DNA of 64,000 nucleotides from Bacteroidota bacterium. GTDB lineage: Bacteria > Bacteroidota > Bacteroidia > 2-12-FULL-35-15. Below are positions 46,644 through 55,725 of this stretch, piece after piece. The stretch covers positions 27,811 through 91,810 of the forward strand of contig PLYN01000058.1 in NCBI GenBank assembly GCA_003151815.1, in the 5' to 3' direction. Position numbers and translations under genes: made by a program. A model generated the notes under the pieces. That model saw only the letters and a program-made list of their open reading frames with translations. It was not told where the DNA came from and ran no database searches. Position 1 is the first letter of the stretch. Every line of letters begins with the position of its first letter.

Positions 46644-46864
46644 GAGTTTCGCAAACGTATTGGAGCAGAGGGCGTAAAATTAATTTTAAAAGAAAGTATC
46701 CTTGTGAATGGAAAAGATGCAGATGAGGATACCTTGAGCGGAGACACAACTGTTCAAGAAAAAAATATCCCTTATCCGATGATAAATTACATAAAAAAAT
46801 CATAGACAAGTGTCAATCAATTGCAGCTAGCGAACAAGTAGAACTCCACATTGATTTTTTTCAG
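46644..46864 (+). pseudogene. IS5-family transposase relic (frameshifted internal fragment)
   Basis: EFRKRIGAEGVKLILKESILVNG...GDTTVQEKNIPYP, then after a frame shift DDKLHKKIIDKCQSIAASEQVEL. This matches the FRKRIG...DTTVQEKNI.FPTD.KL block of IS5-family transposases. There are stops upstream and no DDE domain. Confidence 0.6.
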
Positions 46865-46876
46865 TAAAATTCAAGT

Positions 46877-46917
46877 ATAAAAAACAAACACTCATACCTT
46901 TTCGATATGAGTGTTTG
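46877..46917 (-). terminator. intrinsic terminator of the DUF3127 gene
   Basis: 12-bp perfect stem caaacactcata/tatgagtgtttg with a 9-nt loop. A T-run follows on the minus strand. Confidence 0.6.
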
Positions 46918-46969
46918 TGAAGTCTAAATATAAGTTGACGTTTTCACGTTTTTAAATTTAGAGATATTA

Positions 46970-47341
46970 TTAAAATGGCAAATCATCACCCTCTGTAGCA
47001 GCGGAAAATGTTTCAGAAACATTTTCCATTTTATTTGCTGATGAAGCAGCTCCAGAACCCGCATTAGCGCCACCTTCAATACGCCAAGCCTCAAGTGTAT
47101 TAAAATATTTTATTTCGCCTTGCGGACTAGTCCACTCGCGACCACGAAGGTTGAAATGCACTTTTATTTCAGAACCAACAGCATAGTTATCAATTAAATT
47201 AGTTTTGTCTTGTGTTAATTGAAATGAAATGTGCTGAGGGTATTGTGATGAATTGTCAGTAAGAACAAAATCTCTCTTTTTGAATTTTTCTGATACCTGT
47301 TGCGCTTCGCTTTTTACTTTTAAGATTCCTGTGATGTCCAT
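46970..47341 (-). CDS. DUF3127 (OB-fold-like) protein with SSB-type acidic C-terminal tip
   Basis: MDITGILKVKSEAQQVSEKFKKRDFVLTD...ISFQLTQDK...WRIE is the DUF3127 pattern. A Gly/Ala/Ser linker is followed by a terminal DDLPF. Confidence 0.75.
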   Translation of the reverse strand: MDITGILKVKSEAQQVSEKFKKRDFVLTDNSSQYPQHISFQLTQDKTNLIDNYAVGSEIKVHFNLRGREWTSPQGEIKYFNTLEAWRIEGGANAGSGAASSANKMENVSETFSAATEGDDLPF

Positions 47342-47453
47342 TTTTTTTATAATTAATTATTGATTTAGTGAATTAGTGATCTAGTAAATTATTAATTTGT
47401 TAATTCTTGGTTTATTTAATTTAATTTCTCCAACTCTTCATTTCTCCAATCCT

Positions 47454-48350
47454 CTATTTCCCCTCACTTAATAAAACCATCCAAGCTTCTTCTACTTTTC
47501 CATTGTCTAATAAGGCTTTAGCAATATGATGAATGTGATTATCTAAATCAGGCAAACGTTCCCCGTAAATTTCAGAGGCTTCATCAATACCTCCCGATTC
47601 CATAAACTCAGCTACTTCAGTAGGAGTAGGTAATTTTTCGACATTGCCCAACTGCCCTAAATTATTTCCTGTTAACACATTTGAGTTGCGAATATACTCA
47701 GGAATTTGGTCAATTCCAATACCAGTTTTCAACAATGGTTTTGTTACTTCAAACAAAGCTTTTTCGTTGGTTCTGCTATACCAATTTCCTCCTAAGCGAG
47801 CCACCAGATCAATTTTATGAGGATCGATATGATGATGACTATCCAAGACATCTTCATTTAAATGAAATAATACCACTTCACATATAACTAAATTGCCCGA
47901 ACCGGCTTCTTTGCCAAGTTCAATGACATTTATTACTTTGCATTCCATTTGTGCCGGCGACTCTTTTACTCTAAATGGTTTTACCATTTCAGATTGAATT
48001 GGTGTAAACCCTGCTTTGGTAAACTCATTTACTCCTTTCGGATATTCAATGCCTGCCAATGATGTTTGATGCACCATATCATAATTTACCATATTGATAA
48101 CTACTTCGGCTACTTCTAATATATTTTCGTAGGTGTGTTTGGATTTAGCATCTTTTCCAGTACGTGAAGGTGAAAAAACAACAATTGGCGGATTGGCACT
48201 AAACACATTAAAAAAACTAAAAGGTGCTAAATTTGGATTTCCTTCTTTATCAACAGTGCTGGCAAATGCTATTGGTCGTGGAGCTATGGCGCCAACCAGA
48301 TAATTATAAAAAACGCGGGTTGAAACTTCTTTAGGGTTGATAGTGAACAT
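47454..48350 (-). CDS. flavin reductase family protein (FMN-binding split barrel) with C-terminal extension
   Basis: IAPRPIAFASTVDKEGNPNLAPFSFFNVFSANPP is the typical flavin reductase-like domain signature. Confidence 0.8.
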   Translation of the reverse strand: MFTINPKEVSTRVFYNYLVGAIAPRPIAFASTVDKEGNPNLAPFSFFNVFSANPPIVVFSPSRTGKDAKSKHTYENILEVAEVVINMVNYDMVHQTSLAGIEYPKGVNEFTKAGFTPIQSEMVKPFRVKESPAQMECKVINVIELGKEAGSGNLVICEVVLFHLNEDVLDSHHHIDPHKIDLVARLGGNWYSRTNEKALFEVTKPLLKTGIGIDQIPEYIRNSNVLTGNNLGQLGNVEKLPTPTEVAEFMESGGIDEASEIYGERLPDLDNHIHHIAKALLDNGKVEEAWMVLLSEGK

Positions 48351-48388
48351 TTGAAGGAAACAGAAAAAATTAAATTTATAATTATTTT

Positions 48389-48443
48389 ACCACGGAGACA
48401 CAGAGTTCACTAAGAAAAACACGGAGAACTTTTCTCTGTGGTT
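48389..48443. repeat. cacggag/cacagag-type repeat element (second copy)
   Basis: accacggagacacagagttcactaagaaaaacacggagaacttttctctgtggt aligns with 27143-27180. The ends accac.gag / ctctgtggt can pair. Confidence 0.5.
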
Positions 48444-48490
48444 ATAATTTTTTCATTTGAACAGGACGAAATGCAGGTGTTAAAATATTC

Positions 48491-49798
48491 TTATTTTATT
48501 ACAGCTGTACCCAATAAATAATCTTTCAATTGGTTGAATTCCGGTTTTATTTTAATGCTCTTTTTCTCCAGTTTAAAAAGATACTCCATGGAAGCAGGTA
48601 TTGCAACATCTTCATTAATTATTTTTTTAACAACATCATCAAACTTAACAGGGTGTGCTGTTTCCAAAATTATTCCTTTTTTATTTGGGTATTTCTTTAA
48701 ATATTGTTGAAGCCCATAATAAGCAACAGCTCCATGTGGTTCTAAAAGATATTTATCAGTTTTGTAAACTTCTAAAATCGTTTCTGCAGTTGAAGCATCA
48801 TCAACAGAACAATTGCTGATCACTTTTTTTATTTTTTTATGATCATGTCCAAACAATTCTAAAAGTCTAACAAAATTACTCGGGTTGCCTACATCCATTG
48901 CATTGGATAAAGTGGATACAGCAGTTTTCGGAGTAAAAACTTCGGTTTCAATATAATTTGAAAACACATCATTTGCATTGCATGCAGCAACAAAATGATT
49001 GATGCGCGCACCGGAAACATACGCCACCAAACCTGCACAGATATTTCCAAAATTACCACTTGGCACACTAATTACCGGAGGCAAAGCGTGCGGCCATTGT
49101 TGTAATGCATAAAAATAATAAAATTGTTGTGGTAGCCAACGAGCCACATTAATTGAGTTTGCTGATGTAAGAGATAAATTTTGATTTAATGTTTCATCAG
49201 CAAAGGCTTGCTTTACCATTGCTTGACAATCATCAAAAGACCCCTGAACTTCCAATGCGGTAATGTTTTTTCCAAGTGTTGTTAATTGTAATTCTTGAAT
49301 TTTACTCACCTTACCTGAAGGATACAAAATAACAACATCTATTCCTTCAACATCTAAAAAGCCATTTGCTACTGCACTGCCTGTATCACCTGAAGTAGCA
49401 ACCAGCACTGTAATTTTTTTATCACTTCCTTTAGAGAAATACCCCAAACAGCGACTCATAAATCTCGCTCCAACATCTTTAAATGCCAAGGTAGGACCAT
49501 GAAAAAGTTCAAGAGAATAAATATATTCATTAATTTTTTTTAAAGGGAAATCAAAATTTACGGTCTCTTCGCAAATAACACGCAAGTCCTTTTCAGGGAT
49601 AGTATCACCAACGTAAGGACTGATTACTTCAAATGCAATTTCTGCTTTCGATTTGTTTTTTAGAGTTTGAAAAAAATCATCTGAAAGTTTAGGTATACGT
49701 TCAGGGAAATATAATCCTTTATCCGGAGCTTGCCCGGTAATAGCTGCTTCCCGAAAATTAACAGAAGCCGATTGTTTATTAAGACTGTAAAATAACAT
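48491..49798 (-). CDS. thrC: threonine synthase
   Basis: FHGPTLAFKDVGARF (PLP lysine) and SGNFGN. 435 aa. Confidence 0.95.
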   Translation of the reverse strand: MLFYSLNKQSASVNFREAAITGQAPDKGLYFPERIPKLSDDFFQTLKNKSKAEIAFEVISPYVGDTIPEKDLRVICEETVNFDFPLKKINEYIYSLELFHGPTLAFKDVGARFMSRCLGYFSKGSDKKITVLVATSGDTGSAVANGFLDVEGIDVVILYPSGKVSKIQELQLTTLGKNITALEVQGSFDDCQAMVKQAFADETLNQNLSLTSANSINVARWLPQQFYYFYALQQWPHALPPVISVPSGNFGNICAGLVAYVSGARINHFVAACNANDVFSNYIETEVFTPKTAVSTLSNAMDVGNPSNFVRLLELFGHDHKKIKKVISNCSVDDASTAETILEVYKTDKYLLEPHGAVAYYGLQQYLKKYPNKKGIILETAHPVKFDDVVKKIINEDVAIPASMEYLFKLEKKSIKIKPEFNQLKDYLLGTAVIK

Positions 49799-49842
49799 TG
49801 TTTTATTGTTTAAGTTAAACGTTTCAAATTATTTTAAATAGG

Positions 49843-51012
49843 TCAGGAATCAAGTGCTCCATCAAATATGTTTATTGACTCAAGATGTTTACCAGAATTT
49901 TTTATATAGATGTTGGCAGGAATAGAAGAACCAATTTGTGTATCTTCTATTAGTCGTGTATTATCAAATATTTGTCCTAATTCTATAAAATTAATATATG
50001 GCTCCAGCGCATAAAGCAAAATTCTTAATTTTGTATGATCGCCAAAGTTAAGAGTCCAATAATCCAGATAGTCTTTATACTTATAAAGATGATTACTTTC
50101 ATTAATTTCAGTATTTTCTTTTGACCATTTTTTCATATCCACCAAAAAACCTTTTGGAACAAATTTAAAATCAGGTTTACCTGGAAAAAAATCTTTAATC
50201 GCATTTGTTACCTTTTCAGGATTTGTTGCAGATGCCTTACCTGATGAAATATGATAAATATTGTATTTTCTATGTTTATTAAATAATAATTCAATGATAG
50301 ATTGAGTAGCGTAATCGATAGAAATCACATCGATATTGCTTTGAGCGTTAACAGGGAAAAGGCGCATTTGATTAAGTGTTGCTAAAGCCCATAAAATCAC
50401 GTTTGATCGAGGAACCCATGTTCGGCTGTCACCCATTATAATTGAAGGTCTCACAACCAAAATTTTATCTTTAGGAAGATAATCTTTTAGAAGAAGCTCT
50501 CCTTTCATTTTTGTATAGGAATATTTCACCAAATGATTTGCTGCTAAATTGGGCGACATATCTTCTGTAATGATGCAGTTTTTAACCGTTGTTCCACAAA
50601 TTGTTGCAGTACCTACATACGTAAAAACATTTAAATTATGTAATGTTTGAGCCCATTTCAATAATTGACGGGTTCCACCGATATTTACTTTTTCAACGAT
50701 GTCATCATATATTTTTGAAAACGAGGTGTTAGCAGCAGAATGAATGATTGTATCAATATCTTTTAATTGTTTGTTTTTTGCTAATTTATCAGAAAGGTTA
50801 TTATCGGTTAATTCACCCACAACCGGAATTATTTTTTGCGGATCAAAATGATCTCCATGTAAATCAAATACTTTTATTATTCTCTCCAATGCTTTTTCAT
50901 TGCTTGAAGCTCTCACTAAACAATAAATTTTTTCAACTTCAACCTTTTTTGCCAATTCTACAAGTAATTCTCCACCTAAAAATCCGGTACTTCCTGTTAA
51001 AAATATTTGCAT
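49843..51012 (-). CDS. stand-alone thioester/fatty-acyl reductase-like SDR (NAD_binding_4 type)
   Basis: FLTGSTGFLGGELLVEL...IYCLVRA...SAANTSF, and Y-x-x-x-K (YSYTK). Resembles terminal reductase (R) domains. Confidence 0.75.
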   Translation of the reverse strand: MQIFLTGSTGFLGGELLVELAKKVEVEKIYCLVRASSNEKALERIIKVFDLHGDHFDPQKIIPVVGELTDNNLSDKLAKNKQLKDIDTIIHSAANTSFSKIYDDIVEKVNIGGTRQLLKWAQTLHNLNVFTYVGTATICGTTVKNCIITEDMSPNLAANHLVKYSYTKMKGELLLKDYLPKDKILVVRPSIIMGDSRTWVPRSNVILWALATLNQMRLFPVNAQSNIDVISIDYATQSIIELLFNKHRKYNIYHISSGKASATNPEKVTNAIKDFFPGKPDFKFVPKGFLVDMKKWSKENTEINESNHLYKYKDYLDYWTLNFGDHTKLRILLYALEPYINFIELGQIFDNTRLIEDTQIGSSIPANIYIKNSGKHLESINIFDGALDS

Positions 51013-51027
51013 TTTTTATTTTGTTTT

Positions 51028-51339
51028 TTAAAAAAATTCTAATCCGATAACTCCAAGTACAATTAATATCATAGAAACTATTTTAATAACTGTAACTGGC
51101 TCGTTCAGCCATATTATACCAACTAGTGCCATTATTAAAATACCTGAACTTGCCCAAATAGCATAAGCTACACTGGTATCCATTTTTTTTAATACTAAAA
51201 TCAAGCATCCTAATGCAAGTGAATAAAACAAGAAGACAAATAATATCGGATATAATTTTGTAAAACCTTCTGATTTTTTCATAAAAACCAAAGCAATGAT
51301 TTCAAAAAAAATACCCAGTAAAAGCAATATCCACTTCAT
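51028..51339 (-). CDS. SMR-family small multidrug resistance transporter (EmrE/QacE-like)
   Basis: 103 aa with 4 TM helices. Conserved membrane Glu (FFEI), KKSEGFT and AYAIW motifs. Confidence 0.85.
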   Translation of the reverse strand: MKWILLLLGIFFEIIALVFMKKSEGFTKLYPILFVFLFYSLALGCLILVLKKMDTSVAYAIWASSGILIMALVGIIWLNEPVTVIKIVSMILIVLGVIGLEFF

Positions 51340-51469
51340 AAAATTTCAATATAAATTTTGTGAAACAAAAATCTTTCGGCTTTATCCATTGCACATTTTA
51401 TTTTTCTTCCCCTTATTGCAAACACAATGCCATCAATTTGATTATAAATGATGGCATTCAACTTGTTAA

Positions 51470-52402
51470 TTATATAAATTTTACACCTTGCTTGCTAATA
51501 GTAGTAATATGAGTATGGAAATTAATCCCTATATTTTTATAAACATCCGTAATTACTTTTTCTACAGTTTTTGCAGTTTTTTCATTTTTACTTAAGAAAA
51601 ACACTGATGGTCCTGAACCTGAAATACCGCCGCCTAATGCACCTGCAGCCATGCTTTTCGTTTTAACTTCATCGAAATGAGGAATTAAAATGCTTCTTAC
51701 AGGCTCAACAATCACATCCATAAGCGATCTTCCGATAAGGTCGTAATCACTTTTCATAAGGCCTGCGATCAATCCTGCAATATTCCCCCATTGAATGATG
51801 GCATCTTTCAATAAAATTTGTTTCTTTAAAATTTCTCTTGCATCGGATGTCTTTACTTCAATCTGAGGATGTAAAATGGTTACGTATAACTTCGGTGATG
51901 GTATTTGTATAATATCTAAAGGACTCGCTGAGCGGATAAGTGTAATGCCACCATAAATGCAAGGAGCAATGTTATCCGCATGTTTAGAGCCGGAAGCCAC
52001 TTCTTCACCGCACAAAGCAAATTCAACAAGTTGTTCTTTTGTAAAGCGATTATTTAAAAGATGATTGGCTCCTACAACAGCACCAGCAGCACTTGCAGCA
52101 CTCGAGCCGATCCCGCTTCCGGGCTTAATTATTTTAGTGCTCTCTACAATAAAACCAATTTCTTCCGGAACCGCTTTTAATAAAGCAAGCAAAGCAGCAC
52201 CAATTACATTTTTACTCGGCTGAGTCGGTAAATTATAATCGTCTTTATTGATAATGGTAACACCTTTTTTTGATGTTTTACGAATCAGCATTTTATCAAA
52301 AAGACCATCAAGCGCAAAACCTAGTATATCGAACCCGCATACCACATTTGCAACTGTTGCCGGAGCAAGAACTGTTATTTCATTTATTTTTTTACCGGAC
52401 AT
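51470..52402 (-). CDS. thrB: homoserine kinase (GHMP family)
   Basis: GHMP motif KPGSGIGSSAASAAGAV. 310 aa. Directly downstream of thrA. Confidence 0.9.
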   Translation of the reverse strand: MSGKKINEITVLAPATVANVVCGFDILGFALDGLFDKMLIRKTSKKGVTIINKDDYNLPTQPSKNVIGAALLALLKAVPEEIGFIVESTKIIKPGSGIGSSAASAAGAVVGANHLLNNRFTKEQLVEFALCGEEVASGSKHADNIAPCIYGGITLIRSASPLDIIQIPSPKLYVTILHPQIEVKTSDAREILKKQILLKDAIIQWGNIAGLIAGLMKSDYDLIGRSLMDVIVEPVRSILIPHFDEVKTKSMAAGALGGGISGSGPSVFFLSKNEKTAKTVEKVITDVYKNIGINFHTHITTISKQGVKFI

Positions 52403-52414
52403 AAGAAAATCTTT

Positions 52415-54859
52415 TTAAACTCTTCCTGCTCTTATTATATCAGCAAATATTCCCGATGCGGTTACATCTGCTCCTGCTCCTGCCCCCTTAATCACTAAAG
52501 GTTGCTGTGCATACCGATTGGTAAAAAACAATACCACATTATCTTTCCCATACAAATGGTATAGGTCCTGCTCTTTATTGATATGTTGTAAACCAACGGA
52601 AGCCTTACCTTTCTCCAGTGTGGCAACAAATTTTAATTTACAATCTTTCTTTGCAGCAGCATCATACAAAGCTTTGAAATGTGCTTCGTGTTTTACCAAT
52701 TCTTTGTAAAAGTCCTTTACATCGCCTTTCATACATGATGCAGGTAAAAAAGAATTATTACTAATGTCATCCATTTCCATTTTGTAACCCGCTTCGCGAG
52801 CCAAAATTAATATCTTACGCATTACATCTTTTCCGCTCAGGTCCAAACGAGGATCCGGTTCAGTGAATCCTTCGTCCTGTGCATTTTGTACGATCTCGGC
52901 AAAAGGTTTTTTACCATCATAATTATTAAAAACATAATTAAGAGTACCCGATAGAACAGCTTCAATTTTATTTACTTTATCTCCACTGCGAATAAAATCG
53001 TTTAGCGTTCCGATAATTGGTAAGGCCGCTCCAACATTGGTTTCATATAAAAATGAAGCGTTAAACTCACGTGAATATTCTTTCAATTTTATGTAATCAT
53101 TATAATCCGAAGAGCAAGCAATTTTATTACAAGCCACTACCGAAATACTTTTCTTTAATAAAGAACCATAAAGTTCAGCCATATCTGCATTTGCCGTTAC
53201 ATCGACAAACACAGAGTTACGAAGATTTTTTTGCACAATGAAATCAATGAATTTTTCTGAATTCATTTTAGCGGAATCCTGTAGTTTTTCTTTCCAATTT
53301 TTCAGATCAATGCCCTCTTCATTCAATAGCATTTTTTTACTACTTGCAAGGCCAACAACTCTTATCTGCAAGTGAAGTTGCCCATCAATATTTTTAATTT
53401 GTTCTTTTAACTGCTCTATTAACCTGCCTCCAACATTACCACAACCAACAATAAAAAGGTTTAATTGTTTGTGAACAGTTTCAAAAAATGCTTCATGCAG
53501 CACGTTCACCGCCTTTTTAACATCAGCGGTTTTAATAACTGTAGAGATATTTTTTTCCGAAGATCCCTGAGCAATAGCACGGATATTTATTCCGTTACGT
53601 CCCAGCGCACTAAACATTTTACCGCTGATACCGGTATGGTTTTTCATATTCTCACCCACCAATGCGATGATCGAAAGGTCGCCTTCTACAACAACAGGAT
53701 CAATTTTACTAAAAGTAATTTCGTTTGCAAATTCAGTATCTAATATAGCTTTTGCCTTTGCTGCATTCGCTTCATCCACAGCAACACAAATAGAATGTTC
53801 GGATGATGCCTGTGTAATTAATATAATATTTATTTTTTCGGTAGATAAAGACTCGAACATCCGTTTTGAAATACCCGGCACGCCAACCATACCACTACCT
53901 TCAAGACTCAACAATGTTATTTTACCTATGCTGGAAATTCCGCATACGCTATTTTTATTTCCTTTTGCTTTCCTTTCTACCAAGGTTCCAAAGTCGTTCG
54001 GAGCAAAAGTGTTTTTTATCTTAATTGGAATATTTTTAACCATCACCGGATGGATAGTTGGAGGATAAATAACTTTAGCACCAAAATGCGAAAGCTCCAT
54101 AGCTTCCGGGTAAGAGATATTCGGAATAACTTTGGCATTACTCACCAGTCGCGGATCCGCAGTCATCATACCACTTACATCTGTCCATATTTCCAACAAC
54201 TTCGCATCAGTGGCTGCCGCCGCAATTGCAGCAGTATAGTCAGAACCTCCTCTACCTAAAGTAGTAGTAACTCCATTGCTATTAGAAGCAATGAAACCGG
54301 GAACAATATATAATTTTTGTGGATTTTTTGTGATGTACTTTTTTATCGCTTTGTTGGTTGTATCAAAGTCGACTACCGCATGACCAAAATCAGAATTGGT
54401 GTGAATAATTTCTCTTGAATCTACCCATTGGTGAGCAATTTTTAAAGAGTTGAATTTGGAGGAAATAATTAAAGATGAAAGCAACTCACCAAAGCTCACG
54501 ATACTATCAAGGGTGCGTGGGGATAACTCCTGTAACAAAAATACTCCTTCACAAAGACTTTCTAATTCGTTACACTTTTTTTTCACTAAGCTAAGTGTTG
54601 TGCTTTGTTTCTCAACAGGGATTAGGTCTTTAACAACTTTCAAGTGCCTGTTTTCAATAACTTTCAATTTTTCTTTATACGATTCATCGCGTGATGCTGC
54701 CAATTTAACGGCATCTATCAACATATCGGTAGTGCCACCCAAAGCGGATACCACTAAAATTATTTTATCCTTTGAAAGTGCGCTCTTAACTATTTCAACA
54801 ACTTTGTTTATGTTTTCGGCATTTGCTACTGAAGTGCCACCGAATTTCAATACTTGCAT
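52415..54859 (-). CDS. thrA: bifunctional aspartate kinase / homoserine dehydrogenase
   Basis: N-terminal KFGGTSV aspartokinase, two ACT regions, and a C-terminal GCGNVGG homoserine dehydrogenase. 814 aa. Confidence 0.95.
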   Translation of the reverse strand: MQVLKFGGTSVANAENINKVVEIVKSALSKDKIILVVSALGGTTDMLIDAVKLAASRDESYKEKLKVIENRHLKVVKDLIPVEKQSTTLSLVKKKCNELESLCEGVFLLQELSPRTLDSIVSFGELLSSLIISSKFNSLKIAHQWVDSREIIHTNSDFGHAVVDFDTTNKAIKKYITKNPQKLYIVPGFIASNSNGVTTTLGRGGSDYTAAIAAAATDAKLLEIWTDVSGMMTADPRLVSNAKVIPNISYPEAMELSHFGAKVIYPPTIHPVMVKNIPIKIKNTFAPNDFGTLVERKAKGNKNSVCGISSIGKITLLSLEGSGMVGVPGISKRMFESLSTEKINIILITQASSEHSICVAVDEANAAKAKAILDTEFANEITFSKIDPVVVEGDLSIIALVGENMKNHTGISGKMFSALGRNGINIRAIAQGSSEKNISTVIKTADVKKAVNVLHEAFFETVHKQLNLFIVGCGNVGGRLIEQLKEQIKNIDGQLHLQIRVVGLASSKKMLLNEEGIDLKNWKEKLQDSAKMNSEKFIDFIVQKNLRNSVFVDVTANADMAELYGSLLKKSISVVACNKIACSSDYNDYIKLKEYSREFNASFLYETNVGAALPIIGTLNDFIRSGDKVNKIEAVLSGTLNYVFNNYDGKKPFAEIVQNAQDEGFTEPDPRLDLSGKDVMRKILILAREAGYKMEMDDISNNSFLPASCMKGDVKDFYKELVKHEAHFKALYDAAAKKDCKLKFVATLEKGKASVGLQHINKEQDLYHLYGKDNVVLFFTNRYAQQPLVIKGAGAGADVTASGIFADIIRAGRV

Positions 54860-55101
54860 ACTTATTCTATTTTATTGATATTTGTTAAATTAGGCAATAA
54901 TTATAGCGAAAAATATCGACATAAAGCCAAAAGAATTGCAAAAATATGAAAAATCTAACCGACGTACACAACCAACAGCATTTTAAAAAATCATTTTCAC
55001 AAAACAATAAAATCTATCAAGGAAATAAAAGACCTTACCATGAATAACAAAATGAAAAAAATCTCATATTTGTAATTGCGAAAATTATCAAAAATTAATC
55101 T

Positions 55102-55527
55102 ATGGAAATAGCAAATAAAATATCTATCACGATAGAAACCACTGTAAACGCTTCAATTGAAAAGATTTGAGAATTCTGGAATAAACCCCAACACATTACC
55201 AAATGGTATAATGCATCAGAAGATTGGCATGCACCATCTGCTGAAAACGACTTAAAAGTTGGTGGAAAAAGCATGATCAAAATGGCAGCAAAAGATGGCA
55301 GTTTTGGTTTTGATTTTATATTTATTCACACAAAAATAAAAGATCTGGAACTTATTGAATCTACTATGGAGGATGGAAGAAAAATGTCCGTTCAGTTTTT
55401 AAAAACAGATAATGGACTTAAAATTATTGAAATATTTGAAGCGGAAACTACCAATCCTATTGAAATGCAAAAAGGTGGATGGCAGGCTATTTTGAACAAT
55501 TTTAAAAAATATGTAGAGTCAAATTAG
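55102..55527 (+). pseudogene. SRPBCC / AHSA1-family protein interrupted by TGA at a conserved Trp position
   Basis: MEIANKISITIETTVNASIEKI*EFWNKPQHITKWYNASEDWHAPSAENDLKVGGK...GGWQAILNNFKKYVESN. The TGA at 55168-55170 sits where homologs have W (..KVWEFW..). The frame is continuous. Confidence 0.7.
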
Positions 55528-55578
55528 GCTTATGCATTTATTTATTACAATTTCAATAAAACAAAACCCATATTTAGT

Positions 55579-55676
55579 ACGTCATTGCGAGGAACATTCT
55601 GCGTTGAAGCAGACACTCAATCTAAATAATAATTTGGTATGAGATTGCTTCGGGCGAAAAGCCATCGCGATGACGT
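55579..55676. repeat. ~98-bp nested palindromic element (gtcattgcgagg type)
   Basis: acgtcattgcgagg (55579-55592) pairs with ccatcgcgatgacgt (55662-55676), and gaagca (55606-55611) pairs with tgcttc (55646-55651). It creates a spurious MRLLRAKSHRDD N-terminus in the ORF track. Confidence 0.55.
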
Positions 55677-55725
55677 TCTCAATAAAAAATCATATAAAAC
55701 AGTCCTATTAAAAAAATTAAACAAA

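Noticed and set aside
54860-55101. Threonine-operon leader peptide or attenuator upstream of thrA.
   Set aside because: The small minus-strand ORFs here (for example MLLVVYVG) contain no Thr/Ile runs. I see no terminator/antiterminator pair. The only feature is a possible TAttTTTG box at 54939-54946, which is too weak to list.
55168-55170. TGA read as Trp (genetic code 4-like) or as selenocysteine in the SRPBCC gene.
   Set aside because: Several well-supported genes in the window terminate at TGA (ends at 6791, 11839 and 20160). No SECIS-like hairpin follows. A single G-to-A nonsense mutation or a sequencing error is simpler.
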